Source of the DNA: Desulfosoma sp.
GTDB lineage: Bacteria; Desulfobacterota; Syntrophobacteria; Syntrophobacterales; DSM-9756
Length of the DNA: 64,000 bases
Assembly: GCA_037481835.1 (NCBI GenBank)
Contig: JBBFKW010000014.1
Location: 1-64,000, forward strand
Direction: 5' to 3'
Program-made: the position numbers and the translations under genes
Shown here: positions 48,059-58,725 of the stretch, piece after piece
Numbering within the stretch: position 1 is the first letter of the stretch
Layout of the letters: each line of letters opens with the position of its first letter
The notes under the pieces: model-generated
The model's input: only the letters and a program-made list of their open reading frames with translations
Databases searched by the model: none
What the model was told of the DNA's origin: nothing

Positions 48059-49978
48059 ATGGAGACAGCATGGGTCATTCCGGCCTTGCCCTTCGCCGGG
48101 TTTCTCATCAACGGCCTGTGGGGACGGCGTCTGGCCAAAAAATTCGTGGGTTGGATCGCCTGCGGGGCCATGGGCTTGGCCTTTCTTTCGGCCTTGAGGC
48201 TCTTTTGGATTCTGCTTCAGGAAGCGCCCTCCCTTCGGTTTTGGGAGCCCGTCTATTACACGTGGATCCGGGTGGGGGATTTCCACGCCGATGTGTCCTT
48301 TCTCATCGACCCCTTGAGCATGGTCATGATCTTGGTGGTGACCGGCGTGGGGTTTCTCATCCACGTATATTCCGTGGGCTACATGCACGAGGATCCCGGC
48401 TACGCGAGGTATTTCGCCTACCTGAACCTTTTTGCATCGGCCATGCTTGTGCTCGTCATGGCCAACAACCTGCTCCTCATGTTTGTGGGGTGGGAAGGGG
48501 TGGGCTTGTGTTCCTATCTGCTCATCGGCTTTTGGTATGAAAAGCGCTCGGCGAGCGATGCCGGAAAAAAGGCCTTCATCGTCAACCGGATCGGCGATTT
48601 CGGGTTTCTCTTGGGCATCTTTCTCACCTTTTGGACCTTCGGGTCGCTGAATTTCCGGGAAATCTTCCAAGCCGCCGTCGCGGGGTTTTCGGCGGGCGAT
48701 GCGGTCCTCGCGGGGATCACGCTGCTCTTGTTTGTCGGCGCCATGGGCAAATCCGCCCAGATCCCGCTCTATGTCTGGCTTCCCGACGCCATGGAAGGTC
48801 CGACGCCCGTCTCGGCCCTTATCCATGCGGCCACCATGGTCACCGCGGGGGTGTACATGGTCGCCCGGTGCAGCGTTCTTTATGCGCTGGCGCCGTTTTC
48901 CATGGGCTTTGTGGCCATGATCGGGTGCACGACGGCCGTCTTTGCGGCGTCCATCGGGTTGGTGCAAAACGACATCAAGAGGGTGCTCGCCTATTCCACG
49001 GTCAGCCAGCTCGGCTACATGTTCTTGGGATGCGGCGTCGGGGCTTTTGTGGCCGGCATCTTCCACCTCATGACCCATGCCTTCTTCAAGGCGCTACTGT
49101 TTCTCGGGGCCGGCAGTGTCATTCATGCCCTTTCCGGGGAGCAGGACATTCAGCGCATGGGAGGCCTGCGCGCCAAACTGCCGGTGACTTTTGCCACCTT
49201 TTTGATGGGTTCCCTGGCCATTGCGGGGATCTTTCCCTTCGCCGGCTTTTTCAGCAAGGATGAAATCCTCTTCGAAACCCTCATGAGCGGCCACGGGGTC
49301 CTGTACGCGCTGGCCCTGGGCGGCGCGGCGCTCACGGCCTTTTACATGTTCCGGCTGGTTTTTCTCACCTTCTTCGGCGAAAGCCGCTTGGATCCCCATG
49401 CGGCCCACCATGTTCATGAAGCCCCCAAGACCATGGCCGTCCCCTTGATGATTCTGGCCGCTTTGTCCCTGACAGGCGGCTGGATTCAACTGCCCGGAAT
49501 CGAAGGCGGGCGGGTCTTCGGCCGGTTCCTGGAGCCCGTCTTTCACGAGGCGACCGCAATCCTGGGGCATCACGGCGCCGCCCATCCGCCGCTGTGGCTG
49601 GAAGGGGCGCTCATGGGTGTCTCCGTCGCTGTGGCTCTGGCGGGCATTTTTGCGGCCTACCGCTGGTACATCAAGGATCCCCAGCGGCCGGTGCGCATGG
49701 CTCAAAGGTTTTCTCGGGCTTACCGATGGCTGTTCCACAAATACTACGTGGATGAACTCTACCAGGCGGCCATCGTCGATCCGCTCAAGCAGGCGGCCGA
49801 AACGACGCACCAGTGGGTGGACCGGCGCCTCATCGACGGCGCCGTGGACGGCACGGGATCGGTATTCCGCAGCCTGAGCGGGGCGGTTCGCCGGATTCAG
49901 ACGGGGCTTGTGCACCATTACGCGCTTTCGGTGCTGGCCGGAGCGTGCCTGCTCGTTCTGTTCGTCATGGCGCTTTGA
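48059..49978 (+). CDS. nuoL: NADH-quinone oxidoreductase subunit L
   Basis: KSAQIPL..WLPDAMEGPTPVSALIHAATMV. Confidence 0.98.
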   Translation: METAWVIPALPFAGFLINGLWGRRLAKKFVGWIACGAMGLAFLSALRLFWILLQEAPSLRFWEPVYYTWIRVGDFHADVSFLIDPLSMVMILVVTGVGFLIHVYSVGYMHEDPGYARYFAYLNLFASAMLVLVMANNLLLMFVGWEGVGLCSYLLIGFWYEKRSASDAGKKAFIVNRIGDFGFLLGIFLTFWTFGSLNFREIFQAAVAGFSAGDAVLAGITLLLFVGAMGKSAQIPLYVWLPDAMEGPTPVSALIHAATMVTAGVYMVARCSVLYALAPFSMGFVAMIGCTTAVFAASIGLVQNDIKRVLAYSTVSQLGYMFLGCGVGAFVAGIFHLMTHAFFKALLFLGAGSVIHALSGEQDIQRMGGLRAKLPVTFATFLMGSLAIAGIFPFAGFFSKDEILFETLMSGHGVLYALALGGAALTAFYMFRLVFLTFFGESRLDPHAAHHVHEAPKTMAVPLMILAALSLTGGWIQLPGIEGGRVFGRFLEPVFHEATAILGHHGAAHPPLWLEGALMGVSVAVALAGIFAAYRWYIKDPQRPVRMAQRFSRAYRWLFHKYYVDELYQAAIVDPLKQAAETTHQWVDRRLIDGAVDGTGSVFRSLSGAVRRIQTGLVHHYALSVLAGACLLVLFVMAL

Positions 49979-50005
49979 GAGAACGTGCCTCGATAGAAGG
50001 ATGGC

Positions 50006-51577
50006 GTGATGGAGCCTTTGTCCTTTCCTCTGCTTTCCACCCTCGTTTTTCTTCCTTTGGTGGGCGTGCTGGTGCTCCTTTTCGTGGACAGGGAAAACCA
50101 TGCGGTCCAGCGGTGGACGGCCCTGACGGTGATGAGCGGCGGGTTCGTTCTGGCCTTGTTCGTCTACGCGGGGTTTGATCCCGGAACGGTGGCCTTCCAG
50201 TTCGAGGAAAAGCACACCTGGATCCCCGGCTTGGGCATTTCCTATCACGTGGGCATCGACGGCATCAGCCTGCTTCTGGTCATGCTCACGGCCTTTCTCG
50301 GCCCCATTTGCGTCCTGGCGTGCTGGACGGACATTCGGGTTCGGCTCAAGGAATTCCTGGTGTGCCTGCTCTTTTTGCAGACCGGCATGCTGGGGGTCTT
50401 CGTCAGCCTGGATCTCATCCTCTTCTACATCTTCTGGGAGGTCATGCTCATCCCCATGGCCCTGCTCATCCTCATGTGGGGCCATCCTGCACGGCGGATT
50501 TATGCGGCGGTGAAGTTTTTTCTCTACACCATGGCCGGGTCCGTCCTCATGCTCGTCGGCATCTTGGTCCTCTATTTCTATCAGGCCCGAACCACCGGGA
50601 CCGCCTCCTTTGACTGGACGACCATGGCTGGGCTCAGCTTGCCGTTTTCCTTGCAATTGTGGCTGTTTTTGGCCTTCGGCCTGGCCTTCGCCATCAAGGT
50701 GCCCATGTTTCCCTTCCACACGTGGCTTCCCGACGCCCATACGGAAGCGCCCACGGTGGGCAGCGTGGTCCTGGCGGCCGTCCTGTTGAAGATGGGCACC
50801 TACGGCTTCTTGCGCTTCAATCTGCCCCTGTTCCCCGACGCCTCGGTCTTTTTCATGCCCCTCATGGTCGCCTTGGCTCTGGTGGGGATCATCTACGGCG
50901 CTTTCATGTGCCTGGTCCAAAAGGACCTGAAGCGGCTCATCGCCTTTTCCAGTGTGAGCCACCTGGGTTTCGTGATCCTAGGCATTTTTAGCTTCACCGT
51001 ACAGGGGGTTCAGGGCGGCGTCCTCCAGATGATCAATCACGGGTTGAGCACCGGGGCGCTCTTCCTTCTCGTGGGGATGCTCTACGAAAGGCGCCACACG
51101 CGCATGATTGCGGACTTTGGCGGCTTGTCCACGCCGGTTCCCACGTTCACCACGTTTTTCATGATCGCCACGCTGGCCTCCATCGGTTTGCCGGGTTTGA
51201 ACGGCTTTGTTGGGGAATTTCTCATCCTGCTCGGGACCTTTCACGTCAAGCCCGTCTGGGCGGTTTTGGGCGCCACGGGAGTGATCCTGGCCGCATGGTA
51301 CATGCTGTGGATGGTCCAGCGCGTCTTCTATGGAACCGTGACCCACGCGGAAAACGCCACACTTCGGGATTTGGTTCCTCGAGAAATCGGACTTCTTGTC
51401 CCCGTGGTGGCCATGATGGTGTGGATCGGCGTGGCCCCCACGTCGTTTTTGCAGAAGTCCGAACCGGCGGTGCAGCACGTCCTGAAAAACGTGCAGGAAA
51501 GTGTGCGGACGGCGCAGGGGCGGAGCACCCCCTGGATGATGGCGTGCGCGGCATGGGAACATCTCAAGGGAAAGTGA
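50006..51577 (+). CDS. nuoM: NADH-quinone oxidoreductase subunit M
   Basis: KVPMFPFHTWLPDAHTEAP, LKMGTYG. Confidence 0.98.
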   Translation: MMEPLSFPLLSTLVFLPLVGVLVLLFVDRENHAVQRWTALTVMSGGFVLALFVYAGFDPGTVAFQFEEKHTWIPGLGISYHVGIDGISLLLVMLTAFLGPICVLACWTDIRVRLKEFLVCLLFLQTGMLGVFVSLDLILFYIFWEVMLIPMALLILMWGHPARRIYAAVKFFLYTMAGSVLMLVGILVLYFYQARTTGTASFDWTTMAGLSLPFSLQLWLFLAFGLAFAIKVPMFPFHTWLPDAHTEAPTVGSVVLAAVLLKMGTYGFLRFNLPLFPDASVFFMPLMVALALVGIIYGAFMCLVQKDLKRLIAFSSVSHLGFVILGIFSFTVQGVQGGVLQMINHGLSTGALFLLVGMLYERRHTRMIADFGGLSTPVPTFTTFFMIATLASIGLPGLNGFVGEFLILLGTFHVKPVWAVLGATGVILAAWYMLWMVQRVFYGTVTHAENATLRDLVPREIGLLVPVVAMMVWIGVAPTSFLQKSEPAVQHVLKNVQESVRTAQGRSTPWMMACAAWEHLKGK

Positions 51578-51587
51578 GGCATCGTGC

Positions 51588-53054
51588 ATGTCGGCTCTAA
51601 CGGTTCTTTATGAATGTCAAGGCATCGTGCCGGCCCTGATTCTGTCGGCGACCGGGGTCGTCATCCTCCTTCTGGACGCCTTTTCGCCCTTGGGGCGGAA
51701 AGGACGGTTGGGGGCGGTGGCCGTCACGGGGACCGTCTTCGCTCTGGGGTCTTTGGCCGTGGCCCCTTCCGGTGCAGAGTTCTTTCACGGCATGGTGGTC
51801 TGGGACCGGTTCAGCGTGTTTCTGAGCGCCGTCCTCATGGTGGGGGCTTTGCTGGTTTTCTTCCTGTCTTTCGATCCGCTGCGCCGCTCCGGATTGGAAT
51901 GCGGCGAATACTACGCCTTGGTTCTCTTCGCCACCACGGGGATGATCCTCATGGTGCAGGCGGCGCACTTCATCATGCTTTTCCTCGGCCTGGAAATCTT
52001 TTCCATCGCCATCTACATCCTGGTGGGCATGCCCCGCCATGAGAAGCGCGCCAACGAGGCGGCCTTGAAATACGTTCTGCTGGGCGGTTTCGCCTCGGGG
52101 TTTCTGCTCTACGGCCTCACTTTCATCTATGGGGCCACGGGGTCCCTTTCCATGAGTGTCATGGCGGCGCAGTTGGGCAAAGCCGACGCGGTTTTCAATT
52201 CCTACCTCCTCTTCGGCTCGGCCCTGGTTCTGGCGGGTTTTGCCTTTAAACTGGCCCTGGTGCCCTTTCATCTGTGGACCCCGGACGTGTACGAGGGCGC
52301 TCCTACGCCCATCACGGCCTACATGGCCGTCGGCGTCAAAGCGGCGGTGTTCGGCGCGTTGGTGCGAACCTTTTGGGTCGCGCTGCCCACGGTCCACCCC
52401 CACTGGGCCGTGTTTTTCTGGGCTTTGGCCGCGGTCACCATGACCGTGGGGAACCTCATGGCCCTGGCCCAAGAGAGCGTCAAACGCATGCTCGCCTTTT
52501 CCAGCATCGCCCACGCCGGGTATCTCTTCGTGGCCGTGGTGGCCGATTCCAAGGAAGGGCTGACGGCGCTGCTGGTCTACCTTCTGGCGTACACGGTGAT
52601 GAACGTCGGCGCCTTCGGGGTCATGGTGGCCGTGCAGAACCGGCAGGAAAGCGGGGAACGGCTGGAAGACTTTCGAGGGTTGAGCAGCCGGTCGCCGTTT
52701 TTGGCGGCCTTCATGGCCCTTTTCCTTTTTTCCCTTGCCGGCATCCCGCCCACGGCGGGCTTTGTGGGAAAATTCATGGTCTTTTCGGCGGCCGTCCAAT
52801 CCGGTTATACATGGCTCGTGATCATCGCCGTGATCAATTCGGTGATCGCCGCCTATTACTATCTCCGGGTCGTCATCATGGTGTATCGGCCCGGGGAAGA
52901 AGCCGCCGCGGAAGATCCCGCAAGCGAGGCCGCTCGACTGAGTGCCGGGGAACGCGGCGCGCTCTTCGGCGCGGGCGCCCTCACGGCCGTCGTGGGGCTC
53001 TGGCCCAATGCCTTTTGGGATCTGGCAAGGCAGGCCGTGCACGTGCTCTTTTGA
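51588..53054 (+). CDS. nuoN: NADH-quinone oxidoreductase subunit N
   Basis: EAALKY, PFHLWTPDVYEGAP, KRMLAFSSIAHAGY. Confidence 0.97.
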   Translation: MSALTVLYECQGIVPALILSATGVVILLLDAFSPLGRKGRLGAVAVTGTVFALGSLAVAPSGAEFFHGMVVWDRFSVFLSAVLMVGALLVFFLSFDPLRRSGLECGEYYALVLFATTGMILMVQAAHFIMLFLGLEIFSIAIYILVGMPRHEKRANEAALKYVLLGGFASGFLLYGLTFIYGATGSLSMSVMAAQLGKADAVFNSYLLFGSALVLAGFAFKLALVPFHLWTPDVYEGAPTPITAYMAVGVKAAVFGALVRTFWVALPTVHPHWAVFFWALAAVTMTVGNLMALAQESVKRMLAFSSIAHAGYLFVAVVADSKEGLTALLVYLLAYTVMNVGAFGVMVAVQNRQESGERLEDFRGLSSRSPFLAAFMALFLFSLAGIPPTAGFVGKFMVFSAAVQSGYTWLVIIAVINSVIAAYYYLRVVIMVYRPGEEAAAEDPASEAARLSAGERGALFGAGALTAVVGLWPNAFWDLARQAVHVLF

Positions 53055-53091
53055 AAATTCCATCCGAAGCCCGGCAGGGAAAGGAAACGCC

Positions 53092-53928
53092 ATGGAAAAG
53101 AAAACGAGTCCTCAGGTCCAAAAGGCGCTCAGCTTGGTCCTTCAAGGCCTTCTGGAAAGCCTTTCCGAGCCCCAGGTGGCCGATATGGTGGTGGATCGGT
53201 TGGCAAAGAAGGTGCAGCAGGACGGGTGCTGCCCGCTCAACATCAAGGACGTCTCCGACCTGGAAGCCTGCCCCTTTACCGCCCTGTCCTTGGAATGCTT
53301 TCATCGGCAGGCCTTTGTGGCGGGCGAAATTGACGAAGATTCCGTGGCCATGCTGCGGCTTTTCAAGAACCCCTACCTTCAAGGGTTTATGAACATCAGC
53401 CGCACGGTCACATCTACCTTGGAATACCGCAAGGTTCTCCAGATCATCGTGGAGGAGGTGACCAAGATCTTCCACGCCAAAGGCTGCACGTTGCTCCTGT
53501 TGGACAAGGAAAAATCCAGGCTGGATCAGGCCGCCGCCTACGGACTCAGTGAAAAATACCTGGAAAAGGGGCCGGTGGACGCCGCGCGCAGTATCGCCGA
53601 AACCACGTCGGGAACCCCTGTGCAGATCTACGATGTGCAAAACGACCCCAGGGTGCAATATCCCGCCGAAGCGGCCATGGAAGGGATCGGTTCCATCCTG
53701 GCCGTGCCCATCGTGATCCGCGATCGGGTCATCGGCAGCATGAGGATCTTTACGGAAAACAAGCGCCATTTTCACAAATACGAAGTGGAATACGCCATGG
53801 CGGTGGCTGAACAATGCGGCATCGCCATTGAAAACGCCCTCATGTACAGCAAGGGAAAGGAAAAGTACCGCTCTCTCCTCTCCGAAGTGCACAACTGGAT
53901 CGAATACTGCGCCTATCGTCCGGAATAA
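53092..53928 (+). CDS. Stand-alone GAF domain protein
   Basis: AYGLSEKYL.KGP..D...DPRVQYP..A..EGI.SIL.VP..VIG GAF signature. Confidence 0.85.
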   Translation: MEKKTSPQVQKALSLVLQGLLESLSEPQVADMVVDRLAKKVQQDGCCPLNIKDVSDLEACPFTALSLECFHRQAFVAGEIDEDSVAMLRLFKNPYLQGFMNISRTVTSTLEYRKVLQIIVEEVTKIFHAKGCTLLLLDKEKSRLDQAAAYGLSEKYLEKGPVDAARSIAETTSGTPVQIYDVQNDPRVQYPAEAAMEGIGSILAVPIVIRDRVIGSMRIFTENKRHFHKYEVEYAMAVAEQCGIAIENALMYSKGKEKYRSLLSEVHNWIEYCAYRPE

Positions 53929-53943
53929 GGGACGAAGGACGAT

Positions 53944-55167
53944 TCACTGCACGCGAAAGACGCGCTCGGTCCATTCCACGGCTTGGAGATACCGCGCCGT
54001 AAGTGTGGAAGGCTCAAGGCCCAACTCCGCGCTCACGCGGGACAGGACGTCCCATTTGGCCTGCTCGTACCCTAGGGCGATCTCAAAGAGCACGCGGTAT
54101 CGGTTCACGGCGCCAAGGAGCGCCGCCTTGACGTCATCGCCCAGCGGCACTTCCTGGGCGGCCTCTTCCATGGGCCGCCCCAGAAGCGTATCCATCACGG
54201 AGAAGATGCCCATAAGGAAAAGCTGGTCCTTCTCCGCCCCCATGCCCACACAGTCCGCGAGCAGTTCGAGGAACTGGGCCCGCACCAAAGACAGCTTGAC
54301 CAGTTCGTAAGGTTGCTTGGCGCTCAGGCGCGAATAGACGGTGAGGGTGGCCCATTTTCGGATTTCCCGCTCGCCGAGCAGCACCAGGGCGTGCCGGATG
54401 GAATGCACCTTGTGGCGCAGCCCGAAAAAAGCGGAATTGATATAGCGCAGCAGTTTGTACACGAGGGCCGGATCGCGTTTGATCACAGCGTGGACGGCCT
54501 CCACGTCCAAGTCGGGTCGGTTGAGTTCGCCGATGAGTTTGAGGGCGTTGATTTTGAAGACCGGCACGTCTTTTCGGTTGACGATGACGGGCCGGCTGAA
54601 AAAATAGCCCTGAAACAGGGTGTAGCCGGCTTCCAGGGCTTTCTGGAATTCCTCGCGGGTTTCGGTCTTTTCGGCGAGAAGATGCGGCACGCGCGAGGAG
54701 AAACGCCGAACGATGCGCGCCTGTTCCTCGGGGGTTGTTCCCCGAAAGTCCACCTTGAGGATGTCGACCAGGGCGAGGAGGTCGCCGCAGGACCCCGTGC
54801 TCAGGGTAAAATCGTCCAGGGCCAGGAAGTACCCGTTTTCCTTGAGGCGCTTGCAGGCGGTGTATATTTCCTGGGTGGGTTCCACATCTTCAAGGATTTC
54901 GATAACGGCCCATTCCTTGGGCAGGAAATAGGGGGCATCGGAGAGGAGCAGGTTCTGGGTGAAGTTGACGAAAGCCTTGCGGCCGCCGGCGAAGAGGTCC
55001 GTTCCCATGGTAAAGAAAAGGTTTTGAATGACCGACAAGGACGCCCGGTCCCCGTCCTGAAAAACGGACTGTTGGTCCTGAGAGGCGGCTCGGTAGAGGA
55101 TTTCGTAGCCGTAGACCTGAAGGCGGCGATCGAAAATGGGCTGCCGGGCGATGAAACTTTCCGGCAT
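53944..55167 (-). CDS. EAL + HDOD domain protein (YuxH-like)
   Basis: FIARQPIFD, YEILYR, ALDDF, LAEK.E, FQGYFF; HDOD LLRYINS. Confidence 0.9.
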   Translation of the reverse strand: MPESFIARQPIFDRRLQVYGYEILYRAASQDQQSVFQDGDRASLSVIQNLFFTMGTDLFAGGRKAFVNFTQNLLLSDAPYFLPKEWAVIEILEDVEPTQEIYTACKRLKENGYFLALDDFTLSTGSCGDLLALVDILKVDFRGTTPEEQARIVRRFSSRVPHLLAEKTETREEFQKALEAGYTLFQGYFFSRPVIVNRKDVPVFKINALKLIGELNRPDLDVEAVHAVIKRDPALVYKLLRYINSAFFGLRHKVHSIRHALVLLGEREIRKWATLTVYSRLSAKQPYELVKLSLVRAQFLELLADCVGMGAEKDQLFLMGIFSVMDTLLGRPMEEAAQEVPLGDDVKAALLGAVNRYRVLFEIALGYEQAKWDVLSRVSAELGLEPSTLTARYLQAVEWTERVFRVQ

Positions 55168-55330
55168 GGGGCCGCGCGGGACGAACATGTCCATGGGCTT
55201 GATGTCTTTCCGGCACGGAGAATCCACAAGATGAGGAAAAGTTTTCCCGTCGTGCATGCGCGTCCTCTAAGGCGTCGATCCGGGCCGTTCTTCCCTCGTG
55301 TCCCCGTTCCCTCATCGAGGGGATGATGCC

Positions 55331-56200
55331 GTGTGGGTCGTCCTTTCCATCCTAACGGCTTTGGCCGCGGCGTCCACCGATGCGTGGACCAAGAAATTTT
55401 TCGGCGACGGGGACGCCGTGACCATGGCCTTTTATCCCTTGGCCTACAGCCTGCCCTTGTTCGCTCTAAGCCTTCCGTTCGTCCCCGTACCGCCCTTGGA
55501 TGCCGTCTTCTGGTGGTGCTTCGCCCTTTCCATTCCCATCAACTGCATCAGTTTTGTGCTCTACATGGAAGCCATACGCCTTTCGCCCCTATCCCTCACG
55601 GTGCCCTTCCTGACCCTCACCCCGGCCTTCCTGGTCATCACCGGCTATACGGTCCTCGGCGAAAGGGCAACGCCCGCCGCCGTTTTGGGGATTGCGGTCA
55701 TTGTCTTCGGCGGCTACCTGCTCAACGCCCCGGCCGCCCGAAACGGGCTCCTCCAACCCCTTCGGGCTGTCGCCACGGAAAGGGGTTCCGCGATGATGAT
55801 CGCCGTGGCGCTGATCTACAGCTTTTCCGCCGTGCTCGGCAAAAAAGCCATCCTTCACTCCTCTCCTTTGTTTTTCGGAATGTTGTTTTTTCTTCTTCAA
55901 AACTTTTTCCTGGTCGTCTGGGCATGGGCTACGGGCGCCGTTGGGCGAGGTAGGCTTTTTCGGCCTTCGGCGGTCTTCAAAGGCATTCTCGTGGGAGCGT
56001 TTTATTACCTGCACGTGGTGCTCCATGTATGGGCCATTTCCATGACGCAGGCGGCCTACATGATCGCCCTGAAAAGGCTGAGCGCCGTCTTCGGCGTGCT
56101 CTACGGCGGATGGCTTTTCAGGGAAAAGCATTTGGGATGGCGCCTCACGGGTGCCACGGTGATGGTCGCAGGAGCCGCAATCATCGCGTGGGGCGGCTAG
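55331..56200 (+). CDS. DMT/EamA family transporter
   Basis: About 10 TM segments in two EamA repeats; GTG start assumed. Confidence 0.85.
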   Translation: MWVVLSILTALAAASTDAWTKKFFGDGDAVTMAFYPLAYSLPLFALSLPFVPVPPLDAVFWWCFALSIPINCISFVLYMEAIRLSPLSLTVPFLTLTPAFLVITGYTVLGERATPAAVLGIAVIVFGGYLLNAPAARNGLLQPLRAVATERGSAMMIAVALIYSFSAVLGKKAILHSSPLFFGMLFFLLQNFFLVVWAWATGAVGRGRLFRPSAVFKGILVGAFYYLHVVLHVWAISMTQAAYMIALKRLSAVFGVLYGGWLFREKHLGWRLTGATVMVAGAAIIAWGG

Positions 56201-56240
56201 AGGGTCGGGACGACTTGGGCAAACGGGAGGGATTGACGCC

Positions 56241-56582
56241 ATGAAAACAGGGCTCAAAAGGGTCATGATCGGTGTCTGGGTGTGCGCCGCCGTCTGTGCC
56301 GTGTCTTTTTCAGGGGTTTCCGCCGCGGAAAACAATTTTTACCGGGCGGGCTACGTCACGGGTTTTCAGGACGCCCCATCCTGGAAGGCGAAAGATCCGT
56401 CGATGACGGCCGGCCGATACGCCGACGTCAAACGCGACATGCTGGCGGCTCAAGGGCCGGTGCCCAGAAATTTCTGGCGGGGTTTGCGGGACGGCTTTCG
56501 CGATGCGGTGAGGGAATACACCCCCAAGTTCACTCGGGACAAGGTGCGTGTGGACGAGTTGCCCGAACATCTCCGTCCCTGA
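56241..56582 (+). CDS. Secreted hypothetical protein
   Basis: GGAGG RBS, signal peptide, Y..GY..GF.D / F..G..DGF.D repeated motif. Confidence 0.65.
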   Translation: MKTGLKRVMIGVWVCAAVCAVSFSGVSAAENNFYRAGYVTGFQDAPSWKAKDPSMTAGRYADVKRDMLAAQGPVPRNFWRGLRDGFRDAVREYTPKFTRDKVRVDELPEHLRP

Positions 56583-56692
56583 AGTGTCGCCGAAAGATAA
56601 ATTTTTTTGTCAACTTTTTATCTCCCTCTTCCGATAACCAAACAGGGTAGGGAAAGGCTTTGATACGGTCTGCTTCAGGGGGAGGGAACACA

Positions 56693-58318
56693 ATGGGGAG
56701 AGCCGGGCTTAAGAGAGGGAAGTTGTCCACAAAACTCGTTCTTTTCGGGGTCGGGGGAGTGCTCGCTTTCACGGGGGTGCTCGCCTGGATTGCTTTTTCG
56801 CTGGAGTCGCGCCTCATGGATGAAAAGAGGACCGCGACCAAACACGTCGTGGATGTGGGCTATTCGCTCTTGGAAAAATACGCCAAGGAGGTCCAGGAAG
56901 GCCGCGTGACCGAAGAAGCCGCCAAGAAGGAAGCCTTGGATCACATCCGGGCTCTTCGGTATCGGGAAAACGACTATTTTTGGATCAACGACCTCAAGCC
57001 GGTCATGGTCATGCACCCGTTCAAACCTGAACTGGACGGGAAGGATTTGACCGATTTCAAGGATCCCAAGGGCAAGCAGCTCTTTGTGGAGTTTGTCAAA
57101 GTCTGCCGGGACAAAGGAGCCGGCTTTGTGGATTACCTGTGGCCCAAGCCCGGTTTCGACAAACCCGTGCCCAAGGTGTCCTATGTGAAACTTTTCCAGC
57201 CGTGGGGATGGATTATCGGCAGCGGCATTTACGTGGATGATGTCAGGGCTCAGGCGAACCGCATCAGGCTTCTTTTCGGGGCCATTGCAGGCGGGATGCT
57301 GATTCTGGGACTTATGGTCACATGGTGGATCCTGAGATCCGTGACCCGGCCCGTCTACAACGTGGTCCATGGGCTCCACAAGGGTTCGGAGGAGGTGGCG
57401 GCCGCGGCGGATCAGGTGGCGCAAGCGGGCCAGAGACTTGCCGACGGCTCGTCCCAGCAGGCGGCGTCCATCGAAGAGACGTCTTCGGCTCTGGAAGAAC
57501 TGGCGTCCATGACCCGTCAGAATGCGGACAACGCCGGGCAGGCCAACGCCATTGTCAAGGAATCGGCTCGCGACATCGAAGAGGCGACGGCGGCCATGAA
57601 CGACCTCACCAAGGCCATCCAGGCCATTTCCGCCGCCAGCGAAGAAACGCAGAAGATCATCCGAACCATTGATGAAATCGCCTTTCAGACCAACCTCCTG
57701 GCGCTGAACGCGGCCGTTGAGGCGGCTCGGGCGGGCGAAGCGGGGGCCGGGTTCGCCGTGGTGGCCGACGAAGTGCGCAACTTGGCCATGAGGGCCGCCG
57801 GTGCGGCGAAGAGCACGGCGGAAATCATTGAGGATACGGTGAAGAAGGTTCGCGAATGTTCCACCATGGTCACGCGGGCCAACGGAGCTTTCGGAAAGGT
57901 GGAAGGGGGCAGCCGGCGTGTCGGCGAGTTGGTGGCGGAAATCGCCGCGGCAAGCAGCGAACAGGCGGAAGGGATCGACCAAATCAACAAGGCTGTTTCC
58001 CAGCTGGATCAGGTGGTGCAGCAAAACGCCGCCAGCGCGGAAGAAACCGCTTCGGCTTCAAGCGAACTGCAGCACCAGGCGGAACGCATGAAGCGCTACG
58101 TGGCCGAACTGCAAAGCATCGTGGGCGTGTCGGCACAGGACGCGGCGGGCGAGGACGAGCGCTCCCATCCGAAAAAATCCCGGAAAGGAAACGGCAAGGC
58201 GGTGTGGGAGGCCCGGCACGGGGCCCATTCCCCGGAGAGCGAGGTTCCGGTTGCGGTGCGGAGAAAGGATCCCGGGGCACGGCGGAAGGACGGCCCGGAA
58301 GCGTTTTCGAATTTTTGA
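56693..58318 (+). CDS. Methyl-accepting chemotaxis protein with Cache sensor domain
   Basis: YFWIND..MVMHP..Y.WPKPG..K.SYVK Cache domain; [23 protein letters not shown]. Confidence 0.95.
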   Translation: MGRAGLKRGKLSTKLVLFGVGGVLAFTGVLAWIAFSLESRLMDEKRTATKHVVDVGYSLLEKYAKEVQEGRVTEEAAKKEALDHIRALRYRENDYFWINDLKPVMVMHPFKPELDGKDLTDFKDPKGKQLFVEFVKVCRDKGAGFVDYLWPKPGFDKPVPKVSYVKLFQPWGWIIGSGIYVDDVRAQANRIRLLFGAIAGGMLILGLMVTWWILRSVTRPVYNVVHGLHKGSEEVAAAADQVAQAGQRLADGSSQQAASIEETSSALEELASMTRQNADNAGQANAIVKESARDIEEATAAMNDLTKAIQAISAASEETQKIIRTIDEIAFQTNLLALNAAVEAARAGEAGAGFAVVADEVRNLAMRAAGAAKSTAEIIEDTVKKVRECSTMVTRANGAFGKVEGGSRRVGELVAEIAAASSEQAEGIDQINKAVSQLDQVVQQNAASAEETASASSELQHQAERMKRYVAELQSIVGVSAQDAAGEDERSHPKKSRKGNGKAVWEARHGAHSPESEVPVAVRRKDPGARRKDGPEAFSNF

Positions 58319-58340
58319 GCTTCGGCGCGCTGTGACAATA

Positions 58341-58460
58341 GGAGCCTGTCCGAGAATGGCATATTCCTGGGAGCGCGGGCGTCTCGCCCGCTTCTCGTGC
58401 GGGCCGGAGGCCCGCGCTCCCAGGAGAAGAGGCCTTCGGGTTCGTTCTCAGACAACCTCA
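58341..58460. mobile_element. 120-bp MITE-like element, copy 2 (inverted)
   Basis: Reverse complement of 14469-14588 with a few terminal mismatches; TA on both flanks. Confidence 0.8.
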
Positions 58461-58725
58461 TAGTCAACACGCAGGGCCGGGCGGCAGGCGGAGGTGCCGT
58501 CCGGCCCTGAACGTTATGGGGCCGTGACCGAAGTGCCTTCAAGCCGATGCGAAAAACCGGCGACATCCAAGCCGCCACATCCTTTGGGGAATCCCCGGAA
58601 GGGGATCTATCGGGGGGTTGGAGGGGGCAGGGGTCCGGGTGAAGGCAAAGAGCCCATGGGCACTGGTGATCCCCTATGCCGTAGTGCTATAAAAAAGGGC
58701 AAAAACGGCAGCAAGGGGACTTTCC

